A stretch of DNA of 64,000 nt from Parvibaculaceae bacterium (lineage in GTDB: Bacteria; Pseudomonadota; Alphaproteobacteria; Parvibaculales; Parvibaculaceae). Below are positions 10,660 through 19,200 of this stretch, one piece after another. Positions within the stretch are counted from its first letter, which is position 1. Each line of letters starts with the position of its first letter. The stretch lies in the NCBI GenBank assembly GCA_029209985.1, contig JARGNZ010000001.1:65982-129981 (forward strand), read 5' to 3'. The position numbers and the translations under genes are program-made. The notes under the pieces are model-generated. The model was given only the letters and a program-made list of their open reading frames with translations, made no database searches and was not told the origin of the DNA.

Positions 10660-11544
10660 TTAGTCAAAGAGGGCGTCGATGTCGTCTTGATCAATCGGTT
10701 CTCCGGCAGGTTCTTCTTCTTTTGCAAGGTTACTCGAAGCACTTACATGTGCCTGCGAAGCTGCCACTTTAGAGGTGCTTTCTTTTTTAGATGGGTCTGG
10801 CATGGCATCCCCATTGAGCATGGCGTCAATATCGTCTTGCGATACGCCTTCGCCGTCCATTTGTGGGCCATTGAGGAGGTGTGCATCTGGACGTGTTTCC
10901 ATATCCGCGATGTCGGGGGTTTGAGTGTGGCTTGCTTCTTCCACGACGCCCCAGATTTGGATCATTGCATTTACGCGTTGCTCCAAGTAACGCAACACAT
11001 TGACGACTTTTGTTGTGCGTTGTCCTGTAATGTCTTGGAACGAACAGGCCATAAAAATGCCCGTGGCGTGGGTGTCAATCTCGTCGCAAATGTCTTCATC
11101 AACACCGGATTCACGCAATTTTTCTCCGATGTCTTGCAGACGCTCGGTTGCACTCAAAATATCAGATGTGGCGCGTTCTGTGGCGGTGACAATGGCGTCC
11201 AGCTCTTCGGTCGCGGCCATGATGCGGTTGTCATCATCATTTTGCGGCTTAATGGCGGAAATTTCAAAACGCGTTTGTTGAATGGATGAGCTCATTTCTT
11301 GCAGCTCCCGGCGCAACACATCTAAGTGTGCATTCGCAGGATCTGTCTCGCCCACTGAATTTCCTAGGCTGGTAATGGCTTCCAATAATTGGTCGGTGTC
11401 AGCATTGCGATTGCGCCGTGCATATTCTTCCAAGAACCACCGCCCTCTGGGCGTGTCGAGGACGGCCTCTTTGATCGCATTGAATTCAACATCAGTGTTG
11501 ATTGGAGCTGATTTTTCGCTAATTGCTGTCATTTTCTCTAACAC
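10660..11544 (-). CDS. cheZ: CheZ-like CheY-P phosphatase
   Basis: The FQDITGQR motif (ACSFQDITGQRTTKV) matches the catalytic D..Q box of CheZ (E. coli FQDLTGQ). The acidic C-terminal peptide IDQDDIDALFD resembles the CheY-binding tail. Confidence 0.75.
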   Translation of the reverse strand: MLEKMTAISEKSAPINTDVEFNAIKEAVLDTPRGRWFLEEYARRNRNADTDQLLEAITSLGNSVGETDPANAHLDVLRRELQEMSSSIQQTRFEISAIKPQNDDDNRIMAATEELDAIVTATERATSDILSATERLQDIGEKLRESGVDEDICDEIDTHATGIFMACSFQDITGQRTTKVVNVLRYLEQRVNAMIQIWGVVEEASHTQTPDIADMETRPDAHLLNGPQMDGEGVSQDDIDAMLNGDAMPDPSKKESTSKVAASQAHVSASSNLAKEEEPAGEPIDQDDIDALFD

Positions 11545-11653
11545 AATCTTTTCCCACCCAAAGTTTCATAAATTATGAGGTCATTTCCTTGCGTTTTCCT
11601 TGATGGAGGGCGAAAACTCTTAGTAAGAGGTCTTTTTCTTTTGGGAGTCGGGT

Positions 11654-12511
11654 ATGAAATTGGTTCGATATGGTGAAAAAGGGGCAGAAAAGCCTGGTTT
11701 AGTGGATGCAGGCGGCAGAGTGCGTTGTTTGGCAAATGAAGTGCCTGATATTGACGTTGCGGCGTTGGATACGGCCTGTTTGGCGCGATTAAAGACATTA
11801 GACCCCAAAACCTTGCCATTGGTTGACCCGGATGTGCGCCTTGGGGTGCCTGTTTCGGGCATTGGGAAAATCATGTGTATTGGCCTGAATTATCACATGC
11901 ATATTGCGGAAACCGGTTCTGAGAAACCGAGCGAACCCATGTTGTTTATGAAAGCCACCAGCTCTTTGAGCGGTCCGCGTGATCCGCTTTTGGTGCCGCG
12001 CGGTTCTGTCTCAATGGACTGGGAGTGTGAGCTGGGGGTCGTTATTGGGACGGCGGCCAAGTATGTATCTGAAGTGGATGCACTGAAATATGTGGCGGGC
12101 TATACAATCGTCAACGATGTGTCTGAGCGTGATTTTCAAAAGAAACGGGCTGGACAATTTACCAAGGGAAAAAGTTGCGACACGTTCTGCCCGGTTGGAC
12201 CTTGGGTTTTAACCGCTGATGAGGTGGCGGACCCACAAGATTTGCGCGTTGAAACAGATGTGAATGGGGTGAGCCGACAAGACGGCAACACCAGCGACAT
12301 GATCCATTCGGTCGCTAAGCTGGTGTCTTATCTCAGCCAATTCATGACCCTTTATCCCGGCGATATTATTGCGACGGGGACCCCTGCTGGTGTGGGGGCG
12401 GGCATGGAGCCGCCAATGTTCCTTAAAGCAGGGGATGAAGTGGCCCTGCGGATTAGTGGCGCGTCGGCTGATCTCGGTGAGCAGTGCTGCGTGTGCGTTG
12501 CAGATGACTAA
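11654..12511 (+). CDS. fumarylacetoacetate hydrolase (FAH) family protein
   Basis: KIMCIGLNYHMH...PMLFMKATSSL...ECELGVVIG...VNDVSERDFQ...GKSCDTFCPVGPW...PGDIIATGTPAGVG are typical FAH/2-keto-4-pentenoate-hydratase-like motifs. Confidence 0.9.
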   Translation: MKLVRYGEKGAEKPGLVDAGGRVRCLANEVPDIDVAALDTACLARLKTLDPKTLPLVDPDVRLGVPVSGIGKIMCIGLNYHMHIAETGSEKPSEPMLFMKATSSLSGPRDPLLVPRGSVSMDWECELGVVIGTAAKYVSEVDALKYVAGYTIVNDVSERDFQKKRAGQFTKGKSCDTFCPVGPWVLTADEVADPQDLRVETDVNGVSRQDGNTSDMIHSVAKLVSYLSQFMTLYPGDIIATGTPAGVGAGMEPPMFLKAGDEVALRISGASADLGEQCCVCVADD

Positions 12512-13145
12512 GCCCATGACGTTGAAGGGCGTGTTGTCTCATATGCCAATTATGGCGATCTTGCGAGGGTTGACGGAAGAGGCTGCCCCGGAAGTGGGGC
12601 GCGGCCTATATGCGGCTGGTATTCGGTTTATGGAAGTGCCTCTTAACGGCGCGGGTGCGTTGAACGCACTGGCGGCCCTGCGCGCGTCAATGCCTGACGA
12701 TGTTTTGGTGGGAGCGGGCACGGTGTTGCATGAAACGCAAATTGAGCACGTGCTGCAAGCAGGCGGCGAAGTGATTGTTAGTCCTCATTTCGACCCTGCC
12801 TTGGTTGCACAGGCCAAAAAATGTGGGCTGATTTCTGTGTCCGGTGTTTTTACGCCAAGTGAAGCCTTTGCTGCGTTGAAGACAGGGACTGATGGGTTGA
12901 AACTTTTTCCGGCAGATGATTTGTCTCCAGCGGTGCTTAAAGCATGGCGCAGCGTATTACCTTTGATGGATGTTCCTATTTTGCCAACGGGCGGTATTTC
13001 ACGAGAGACCGTTGCGGCGTGGTGGGCGGTCGGCGCCTCAGGTTTCGGGGTGGGGTCCGGTGTCTATCAGCCTGACTTGCGGGGAGACGCGATTGAAACC
13101 CATGCAACGCGATTTACCCGTGCAGTTGGGGAGCTAACACGGTAG
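12504..13145 (+). CDS. 2-dehydro-3-deoxy-6-phosphogalactonate (KDPGal)/KDPG-type aldolase
   Basis: MPIMAILRGLTEEAAPEVGRGLYAAGIRFMEVPLNGAG...KLFPA... follows the DgoA/Eda family pattern. The ATG at 12504 overlaps the FAH stop by 8 nt. The longer ORF from 12369 lies inside the FAH gene. Confidence 0.75.
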   Translation: MTKPMTLKGVLSHMPIMAILRGLTEEAAPEVGRGLYAAGIRFMEVPLNGAGALNALAALRASMPDDVLVGAGTVLHETQIEHVLQAGGEVIVSPHFDPALVAQAKKCGLISVSGVFTPSEAFAALKTGTDGLKLFPADDLSPAVLKAWRSVLPLMDVPILPTGGISRETVAAWWAVGASGFGVGSGVYQPDLRGDAIETHATRFTRAVGELTR

Positions 13146-13237
13146 TCTGCGCGCCACAAACCTATCGCCGAGACCAAGCGTCAGTGTTTGGTCTGCTCCA
13201 ATACTGGATATTGCTGGCCTAAAAGAAGAGTTGAATT

Positions 13238-13864
13238 ATGGAATTGCCGATTGATGTATCAGAGGTCAAAGGATTTTTGGACCCTGCAGAGGGCGCTGCG
13301 CTTTATGAGGCGGCGTTAGAGGTCAGCAAAATGGGGCCGTGCCTTGAGGTTGGATCTTATTGCGGCAAATCGACCGTTTATTTTGGTGCAGCCTGTCAGA
13401 AGAATGAGGCGATTCTTTATGCGTTGGATCACCATTTAGGCTCTGAAGAAAACCAAGTGGGGTGGGAACATCACGACGGAGACCTTTTTGATGATGAAAC
13501 TGGGATGCTCAATACTTTCCCGTTGTTTCGGCGCACAATGCGCAAGGCCAAATTGGAAGATACGGTTGTGCCTTTGGTCGCCCCATCAACTGTTGTAGCC
13601 CGTGGTTGGGCGACGCCGCTTTCTATGGTGTTCATTGATGGCGGCCATGCGCTCGAACATGCGCTCAATGATTATCGATTTTGGGCACCGCAAGTTGTTG
13701 TGGGCGGGACTTTGGCGATCCACGACGTGTTCCCGAACCCGGAAGATGGCGGGCGGCCTCCTTATGAAATCTATAAGATGGCGTTGGCTTCAAACTTGTT
13801 TGAAGAAATCGCGGCTGTGAAATCGTTGCGGTTGTTACGCCGTCTCGGGCAAGTGCAAGCCTGA
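13238..13864 (+). CDS. class I SAM-dependent (cation-type, Methyltransf_24-like) O-methyltransferase
   Basis: CLEVGSYCGKSTVYFG (SAM motif I-like), VFIDGGH and LAIHDV motifs in 208 aa. Its 3' end overlaps the convergent barrel gene by 30 nt. Confidence 0.75.
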   Translation: MELPIDVSEVKGFLDPAEGAALYEAALEVSKMGPCLEVGSYCGKSTVYFGAACQKNEAILYALDHHLGSEENQVGWEHHDGDLFDDETGMLNTFPLFRRTMRKAKLEDTVVPLVAPSTVVARGWATPLSMVFIDGGHALEHALNDYRFWAPQVVVGGTLAIHDVFPNPEDGGRPPYEIYKMALASNLFEEIAAVKSLRLLRRLGQVQA

Positions 13865-14917
13865 GAACAGGGGAGCTGCTGGGGTTGAGCCGGTGATTGC
13901 GTCGGTTGCCAGAATAACAGCGGCGGCGGTCCATGCTGGTTTTTCAGCTGGCCATGCGACATCATCTTCAAACTGATAACCCATCCAGTACGCCCCACAG
14001 TCTGCGCGCCATTGGTGTAGCCAAGAAAGCATCAGCTCGGCGCGTGGTCGGTCCCCTGCGGTCAACAAGGCCATGACCAGCTCTGCTGTTTCTGCGACCG
14101 TCACCCACGGTTGTTCCATGACACAGCGGCAGCCTTTGCCCTGCGCCACAAAAATATCCCACTTCGCATTGAGGCGATCGTGGGCGGCTTTGCCAGTGAT
14201 GGCGCCTGCGAGTACGGGGTAGTACCAGTCCATGGAGTAGCGTTCTTTGCTTTCCCATGTGCGGTCAAACCGATGTGGTTTGTCACGGAGTGCTTCGCCT
14301 AATTTTTTACGGGCATGCATCCAGTCTTTGGTTGGCTCTCCCAGTTTTTGTGCAATTAAGATGGCGCACTCTAGGCTTTTATAAATTGAAGCACTGCCGG
14401 TGATGAGGGCATCATCTTCGGGGGTGCGAGGTTCGTCGGCTGCCCACCGAATGTCACCGTGGGCGCTTTGGTGAGCCACCACCCAATTGATTGCTTGTTT
14501 GACATGCGGCCAAAGATTTTTGAGTTCGGCTAAATCTTGGGTCAGCAGGTAATAATGCCATGCGCCTGTTGCGATGTAGGCCGCAAAATTGGTGTCGCGT
14601 AAGGGGGCTTCTATGTCTTCTTCTTTGCCGGTGAATTTCTGTTCTTCGTCATCCATTGGCACTGCAGAGCCTAATTCACCGAACCATGAGCCGTCATCGA
14701 GTTGGCTGTCTTGTAGGAAGCGGTAAGCTTTTTTTGCAGGCTCTAGGTGCCCCAAGGTGGCAAGGCCCATTGCTGCTTCGGTGTGGTTCCACGGATCTAC
14801 GACGCCGCCATCATACCAAGGGATCGCCCCGGTATCACGTTGCAGTTCGAGAATACGTTTGATCGAGCCATCGAAAAAGCCGTCAGGTATCGGATCACCA
14901 AGGGTGAGAAGGGTCAT
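13835..14917 (-). CDS. alpha/alpha-barrel protein (of the kind usually auto-annotated as prenyltransferase/terpene-cyclase-like); possible glycan hydrolase
   Basis: 360 aa with repeated W/Y-rich helical hairpin segments (GAIPWYDGGVVDPWNHTEAAMGL, DDGSWFGE, GAWHYYLLT, HGDIRWAADE, MDWYYPVLAG). It is 3 nt downstream of the methyltransferase gene. Confidence 0.6.
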   Translation of the reverse strand: MTLLTLGDPIPDGFFDGSIKRILELQRDTGAIPWYDGGVVDPWNHTEAAMGLATLGHLEPAKKAYRFLQDSQLDDGSWFGELGSAVPMDDEEQKFTGKEEDIEAPLRDTNFAAYIATGAWHYYLLTQDLAELKNLWPHVKQAINWVVAHQSAHGDIRWAADEPRTPEDDALITGSASIYKSLECAILIAQKLGEPTKDWMHARKKLGEALRDKPHRFDRTWESKERYSMDWYYPVLAGAITGKAAHDRLNAKWDIFVAQGKGCRCVMEQPWVTVAETAELVMALLTAGDRPRAELMLSWLHQWRADCGAYWMGYQFEDDVAWPAEKPAWTAAAVILATDAITGSTPAAPLFSGLHLPETA

Positions 14918-14920
14918 GGA

Positions 14921-15637
14921 TTAGCTGGCCGGTTTTGTGAAATAAAGAACAACACTTTTGCCCATCAACGGCGCGGCAATTGCTTCAAGCACGCGTACGA
15001 TGAAAGGGTTTTCGGTAATTTCCCAGACGAGAAGGCGGTGGTATAATTTTACCAAGAAGTTGTCGTTGTTTTTAACGCCAACTGCGCACTTGATCCACCA
15101 ATAGGGGGAGTGCAAACCGTGGGCCCAATGGCGCAACATAAAGCGGAGGCCATTTGCCTCTACGTCTTTGCGCAATTTGCCAGAGCGGAAGATGCGCACA
15201 TGGCCACCGGGTTCATTGTGATACTCTTCGGAAAGCGCCCAGCAAATCCATTCGGGCCAATAGCGTGGCACAGAAACAGCAAAGGTGCCGCCGGGTTTTA
15301 GAATCCGTTCGACTTCACTCAACGCCTGAACATAGTCAGGGATGTGTTCCATCACTTCAGAGCACAATACCTTGTCGAAGGAATTGTCAGCAAAGGGCAA
15401 GGACAGCGCGTTACCAACCGACAGCGTGTTGAGGCGTTTGGTTTCTGGGTCCATGTCCGGGCAATGGACAAAGCCATCGCGGGTTTTCTTTACATCATCA
15501 AAGGCGAGGTCCAAGCCAACGACGTGGCAGACTTTGTGATGATACATGGCATGTACGTGCCGACCTTCGCCGCAGCCAAGATCCAGAACGGTGTCACCGT
15601 CTTTAAGTCCGAGCGCGTTTAGATTGATTGTTTGCAT
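14921..15637 (-). CDS. class I SAM-dependent methyltransferase (Methyltransf_11 type)
   Basis: TVLDLGCGEGRH (motif I), VLCSEVMEHIPD and LKPGGTFAVS. The ATG at 15637 (MQTINLN) has a GAGG box upstream. The longest ORF extends to 15670. It overlaps the 3' end of the GT4 gene. Confidence 0.85.
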   Translation of the reverse strand: MQTINLNALGLKDGDTVLDLGCGEGRHVHAMYHHKVCHVVGLDLAFDDVKKTRDGFVHCPDMDPETKRLNTLSVGNALSLPFADNSFDKVLCSEVMEHIPDYVQALSEVERILKPGGTFAVSVPRYWPEWICWALSEEYHNEPGGHVRIFRSGKLRKDVEANGLRFMLRHWAHGLHSPYWWIKCAVGVKNNDNFLVKLYHRLLVWEITENPFIVRVLEAIAAPLMGKSVVLYFTKPAS

Positions 15638-17087
15638 TAGCAATGGCCTCACGATAGATCGCGACAACATTACGTGCCGCGTGTTCCCATTTGAATTTAG
15701 TTAGAATCCGCTCACGTCCGGCGCGGCCCACTTCAGCGCGTTTTTCCGGGTTGTTCAGCAGATCTGCAATCGCCGCTGCCAAAGCATCCGGGTCGGAGTG
15801 CTGCACAACGATTGCAGCATCCCCAGCAACTTCTGGCAATGAGCCGCCGTTGGTTGTGATGACTGGCGCACCGCAACACATTGCTTCGCCCGCAGGAAAG
15901 CCGAAGCCCTCATATACAGAGGGGGAGATGGCAATGGTGGCTTCAGCGTATTCGTCCACGAGCTGGCTATCGCTGAGGCCGGTTTTCCAGATCACTTTGT
16001 CCATGATGCCAAGCTTGCGCAGTTCTTTAGCCGTTGGCCCTTCGCGGAGCTTTCCGATGACAACCAGTTTGAGGTCTGGATGATCGGGTAACAGTTTTGC
16101 GTAGGCGCGCAGTAAGAAGATTAAGCCCTTGAGGGGGACATCTGCACTTGCACAGACAACCAGTTGATTATCAACGCGGGTGATGTGGGGGCGAGGCTCG
16201 AAGACTTCATGATTGATGCCGTGATAAACGGTTTTCATGTTTTCTTCTTTGACACCGAACTCGCGCACGACATCTCGCTTGGTACTGTCTGACACAACAA
16301 TCACCGGGCGTAATTGACGCGCCACTTTGATTTGCATGTTGAGGAAGGTGTACCAGCGCCATTTTAGAAATTTCATCCATGGGTTTGGCATGGCTGCAAC
16401 ATCGATGCGGCGGTCCATGGTGATTGGGTGGTGGATGGTGCCTGCTACTGGTAGGCCCATGTCGCGCACTTTCAACATGCCCCAGCATAAGGTCTGATTG
16501 TCATGCATAACGTCGTATTGGTCGATCTTGTCTTCCATATATTTGGCCATGCGTTCGCCAAACGTGTACGGCTCTGGAAAACCACCCCAGTTGTGGCTCC
16601 ACCATTCGAACAGGTCGAGGGGGGAGGTGAGCATCCACGGACGAAAGGCCCGGATGGGATGAGGGGTTGCGTAGAGGTCGAGTGATGGCAATTCGATCAA
16701 GCCAACGCGCGGATCCAAGTCAGGATATGGCGGGCCGGAAATGACATCCACATGATGGCCTAGCTCAACAAGCGCTTTTGAAATGTGGCGCATGTAAACG
16801 CCCTGTCCACCGGTTGTTGGATTTGACCGGTAAGACGGGAGCAAAATGCGCAACGGCGCACCGTCGTCGCTGTCGCCTGTTTGAACATTGGCCGGGGCGA
16901 GGGGAACAACCTTTTCAGATTGTTGCTCGGGCACCGAACTCTCTTCGGTCGTCGGATTTCCGTCCAGAGCCTTGGACATGCGCCTCTCCTTCATGCCGAC
17001 CTTTTGCATGTGCGCCTTTATCTTTTGATGCAGGCATTGGCAAATGTCGGTTGTGTCTGTGCCTATTGGCAGATTTTGAGGCGACAT
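15603..17087 (-). CDS. GT4-family (GT-B fold) glycosyltransferase
   Basis: GGQGVYMRHISKALVELGHHVDVI (N-domain) and SPSVYEGFGFPAGEAMCCGAPVITT (E-x7-E retaining GT4 motif). The start is uncertain: ATGs at 17087, 17009, 16994 and 16979, and the N-terminal ~75 aa are low-complexity. Confidence 0.85.
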   Translation of the reverse strand: MSPQNLPIGTDTTDICQCLHQKIKAHMQKVGMKERRMSKALDGNPTTEESSVPEQQSEKVVPLAPANVQTGDSDDGAPLRILLPSYRSNPTTGGQGVYMRHISKALVELGHHVDVISGPPYPDLDPRVGLIELPSLDLYATPHPIRAFRPWMLTSPLDLFEWWSHNWGGFPEPYTFGERMAKYMEDKIDQYDVMHDNQTLCWGMLKVRDMGLPVAGTIHHPITMDRRIDVAAMPNPWMKFLKWRWYTFLNMQIKVARQLRPVIVVSDSTKRDVVREFGVKEENMKTVYHGINHEVFEPRPHITRVDNQLVVCASADVPLKGLIFLLRAYAKLLPDHPDLKLVVIGKLREGPTAKELRKLGIMDKVIWKTGLSDSQLVDEYAEATIAISPSVYEGFGFPAGEAMCCGAPVITTNGGSLPEVAGDAAIVVQHSDPDALAAAIADLLNNPEKRAEVGRAGRERILTKFKWEHAARNVVAIYREAIANANNQSKRART

Positions 17088-17163
17088 ATGTCATCCCCGC
17101 GCTTGAAACGCGGAAACCCACACTCCTAGCTTAAATTTGGCCGGATCATACCGAAGGGAGCGG

Positions 17164-17197
17164 CTGACAACAAGTCAGAGGCTGACATATATGTCAG
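17164..17197. promoter_or_regulatory. two adjacent palindromes sharing CTGAC/GTCAG arms
   Basis: CTGACaacaaGTCAG (17164-17178) and CTGACATATATGTCAG (17182-17197) lie between the membrane-protein stop and the GT4 start. This could be a terminator and/or an operator. Confidence 0.35.
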
Positions 17198-17211
17198 GGG
17201 AATTGCCCTTT

Positions 17212-17604
17212 TTAAGAGATTTGGGCATCTCCGAGGAAATATCTGGCGAGATCCACGTAGTCGAACCCTAAAGACACGGCATTTGTGACGATGAGGAGCC
17301 AGAAATATATGCCTGTGATGCTGGGCAGCGCAAAATGCGCCCGCCGCCCGAGGAGATAGACCAGAAGGGGGGTCCATACGATGATATGTGCGAGGCCAAG
17401 CAGGCGCACGAAACCAAATTGATCGTACAGGTAGGGCATGATGATTATGCCGTTAAGTAACCATGCGGCTAGGGTCCAGCGTGCTTCTACTCTATGGATG
17501 ATGAAGAGAATGGAAGCTGTGTTGATAATCATCAGCCAATACACCCAATAAAGAATCGCGGGCGGTTGTGCCATGATTTGACTGAATAATGTCGGTGCTT
17601 CCAT
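17212..17604 (-). CDS. small polytopic membrane protein, unknown function
   Basis: About 130 aa with 4 predicted hydrophobic helices (ILYWVYWLMIINTASILFII..., AAWLLNGIIIM..., LLGLAHIIVWTPLLVYLL, IYFWLLIVTNAVSLGF). SD GAGGGGA lies before the ATG at 17604. Confidence 0.6.
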   Translation of the reverse strand: MEAPTLFSQIMAQPPAILYWVYWLMIINTASILFIIHRVEARWTLAAWLLNGIIIMPYLYDQFGFVRLLGLAHIIVWTPLLVYLLGRRAHFALPSITGIYFWLLIVTNAVSLGFDYVDLARYFLGDAQIS

Positions 17605-17693
17605 TGTCGTTCCCCTCTGTCCTTCTCTTTGGTGTGTCATTAGACGGCAAAATTTTATGAGGGCAAATCACAAGTGCGTCAGTCGTGAGGGGG

Positions 17694-18152
17694 CTATTCC
17701 TCAGGGTCTAAACGCCAGCCGCCTTTGCGCAGTACGAGGCGCATCACAAGATAAGCCAGCAAACCCATTGGGCCGAGTAGGCAGGTGAGGATGAGGCAGG
17801 GAATAAGAAGAAGGTGCGGGACACCACGCTTTTGCGCATCTCTGGCTTCCCATGCCCCGACAAAGAGATCGAAGACAAGATAATGTATCCAACCTGCAAA
17901 AAGGGCCGGGGGCGAACTGAAGAGGATTGCTAATTCTTCAAGTGAGCCAAAGCCGCCTCCTTCGGGTGCATTGGGAGCAAAAAAACTGCCCCCCAATGCG
18001 AAGGCGGAATAGACCACACCGATTGCGAGTGGATAGAGCATAGAATGCACAAGGACGTTTGTGCCCTGCCAGCGTGGGGCCACGATCAATAAGAGCCAAA
18101 ATGGAACAATGCTCAAATTGGCAATTTGAAATGCTGTGCTCAAGTCGATCAT
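17694..18152 (-). CDS. DUF4281 / ABA4-like membrane protein
   Basis: 152 aa with 4 TM segments. The motif WIHYLVFDLFVGAWEARDA and the N-terminal ANLSIVPFWLLLIVAPRW match my memory of the ABA4-like (PF14108) family. Confidence 0.65.
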   Translation of the reverse strand: MIDLSTAFQIANLSIVPFWLLLIVAPRWQGTNVLVHSMLYPLAIGVVYSAFALGGSFFAPNAPEGGGFGSLEELAILFSSPPALFAGWIHYLVFDLFVGAWEARDAQKRGVPHLLLIPCLILTCLLGPMGLLAYLVMRLVLRKGGWRLDPEE

Positions 18153-18179
18153 GATGTGTCCTTGCTCTTTGCTGTGCGC

Positions 18180-19163
18180 TTACTTTGCAGGAAAACGGCG
18201 TTGAAGCCAATCAATCATGAGGGCGTTCAGTGCTTCGGGTTGTTCTGATTGGGTCCAATGTCCACAATCTGGGATGATGTGTGTTTCTAGGTCTGGACAA
18301 TATTGTTCCATACCTTCTGCGTGTTCGGGGCGCAGTACAACATCGTTTGCGGCGCAAATCATTAGGCAGGGGGCGGCGACGTGCTCTGGCACATCTTCGC
18401 TGCGTTCCCAATTTCGGGTCCAATTGCGATACCAATTGATAGGGCCGGTAAAGCCGGTTTTGGCGAAGGCGTTGGCGTAATAGGCTTCGTCTTCAGCATT
18501 GAGCAAACTTGTGCCCTGCCAGTCGGCTTCTGGTGTGTTGAAGCCCTTGACCAGTTCAAAGTTCTTTTGATCTTCGGGAAGGGCGTCAAAGTCAGCTAGG
18601 GTCATTGGGGATTTGCGAAACCAAAAGCGCATGGTGCGGGCAGGGTCTTTATTAAATAGGGCATCGGCCACCCCAAACTTTTGGAAGTACACGATATACA
18701 TGTCGTCCCCGCGAAACTGGCGCATGAGTGCAATGGGGTCCATCGGAAGTCGGGCCATGAAGGGTGTGTTGACCCCAATCACTCCAGCGACGCGGTCTGG
18801 GTGGCGCTGAGCTAATTGCCAGACAATGAGACCGCCCCAGTCGTGTCCCACAAAGACTGCTTTTTTAATGCCTTTGGCGTCTAACATGCCCAGTAAGTCT
18901 GCGATGAGGTGTTCTACATCATAAAGCGGCACAGAAGCTTCATCGGTTGGGCCGCCCGTGTTGCCGTAGCCCCGCTGATCGGGGGCAATGGTGTGGAAAC
19001 CGGCTTGGGCAAGGGCGGGGAGTTGTTTCCGCCATGAATAGGCTAGTTCTGGAAAGCCATGGCAGAGGATGACGGGCACGCCTGCTTCATTTTCCCCTTG
19101 TTCATAAATGGCCATTTTGATGCCATTGGTGTCTATATAGGTTGGGGTATCAAAGAGTGACAT
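18180..19163 (-). CDS. alpha/beta-fold epoxide hydrolase-like protein
   Basis: The HGFPELAYSWRKQ (HGxP oxyanion motif), GHDWGG (Asp nucleophile elbow) and CGHWTQSE (His) arrangement is typical of soluble epoxide hydrolases and haloalkane dehalogenases. Confidence 0.8.
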   Translation of the reverse strand: MSLFDTPTYIDTNGIKMAIYEQGENEAGVPVILCHGFPELAYSWRKQLPALAQAGFHTIAPDQRGYGNTGGPTDEASVPLYDVEHLIADLLGMLDAKGIKKAVFVGHDWGGLIVWQLAQRHPDRVAGVIGVNTPFMARLPMDPIALMRQFRGDDMYIVYFQKFGVADALFNKDPARTMRFWFRKSPMTLADFDALPEDQKNFELVKGFNTPEADWQGTSLLNAEDEAYYANAFAKTGFTGPINWYRNWTRNWERSEDVPEHVAAPCLMICAANDVVLRPEHAEGMEQYCPDLETHIIPDCGHWTQSEQPEALNALMIDWLQRRFPAK

Positions 19164-19200
19164 GAGCTTTCCTTTACGCGCGTTGTTTTGATTTTTAATT

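Noticed and set aside
10621-11289. 222-aa plus-strand ORF antisense to cheZ.
   Set aside because: The composition is Cys/Phe/His/Arg-rich junk with no motifs. The opposite strand carries a protein with a clear CheZ catalytic box.
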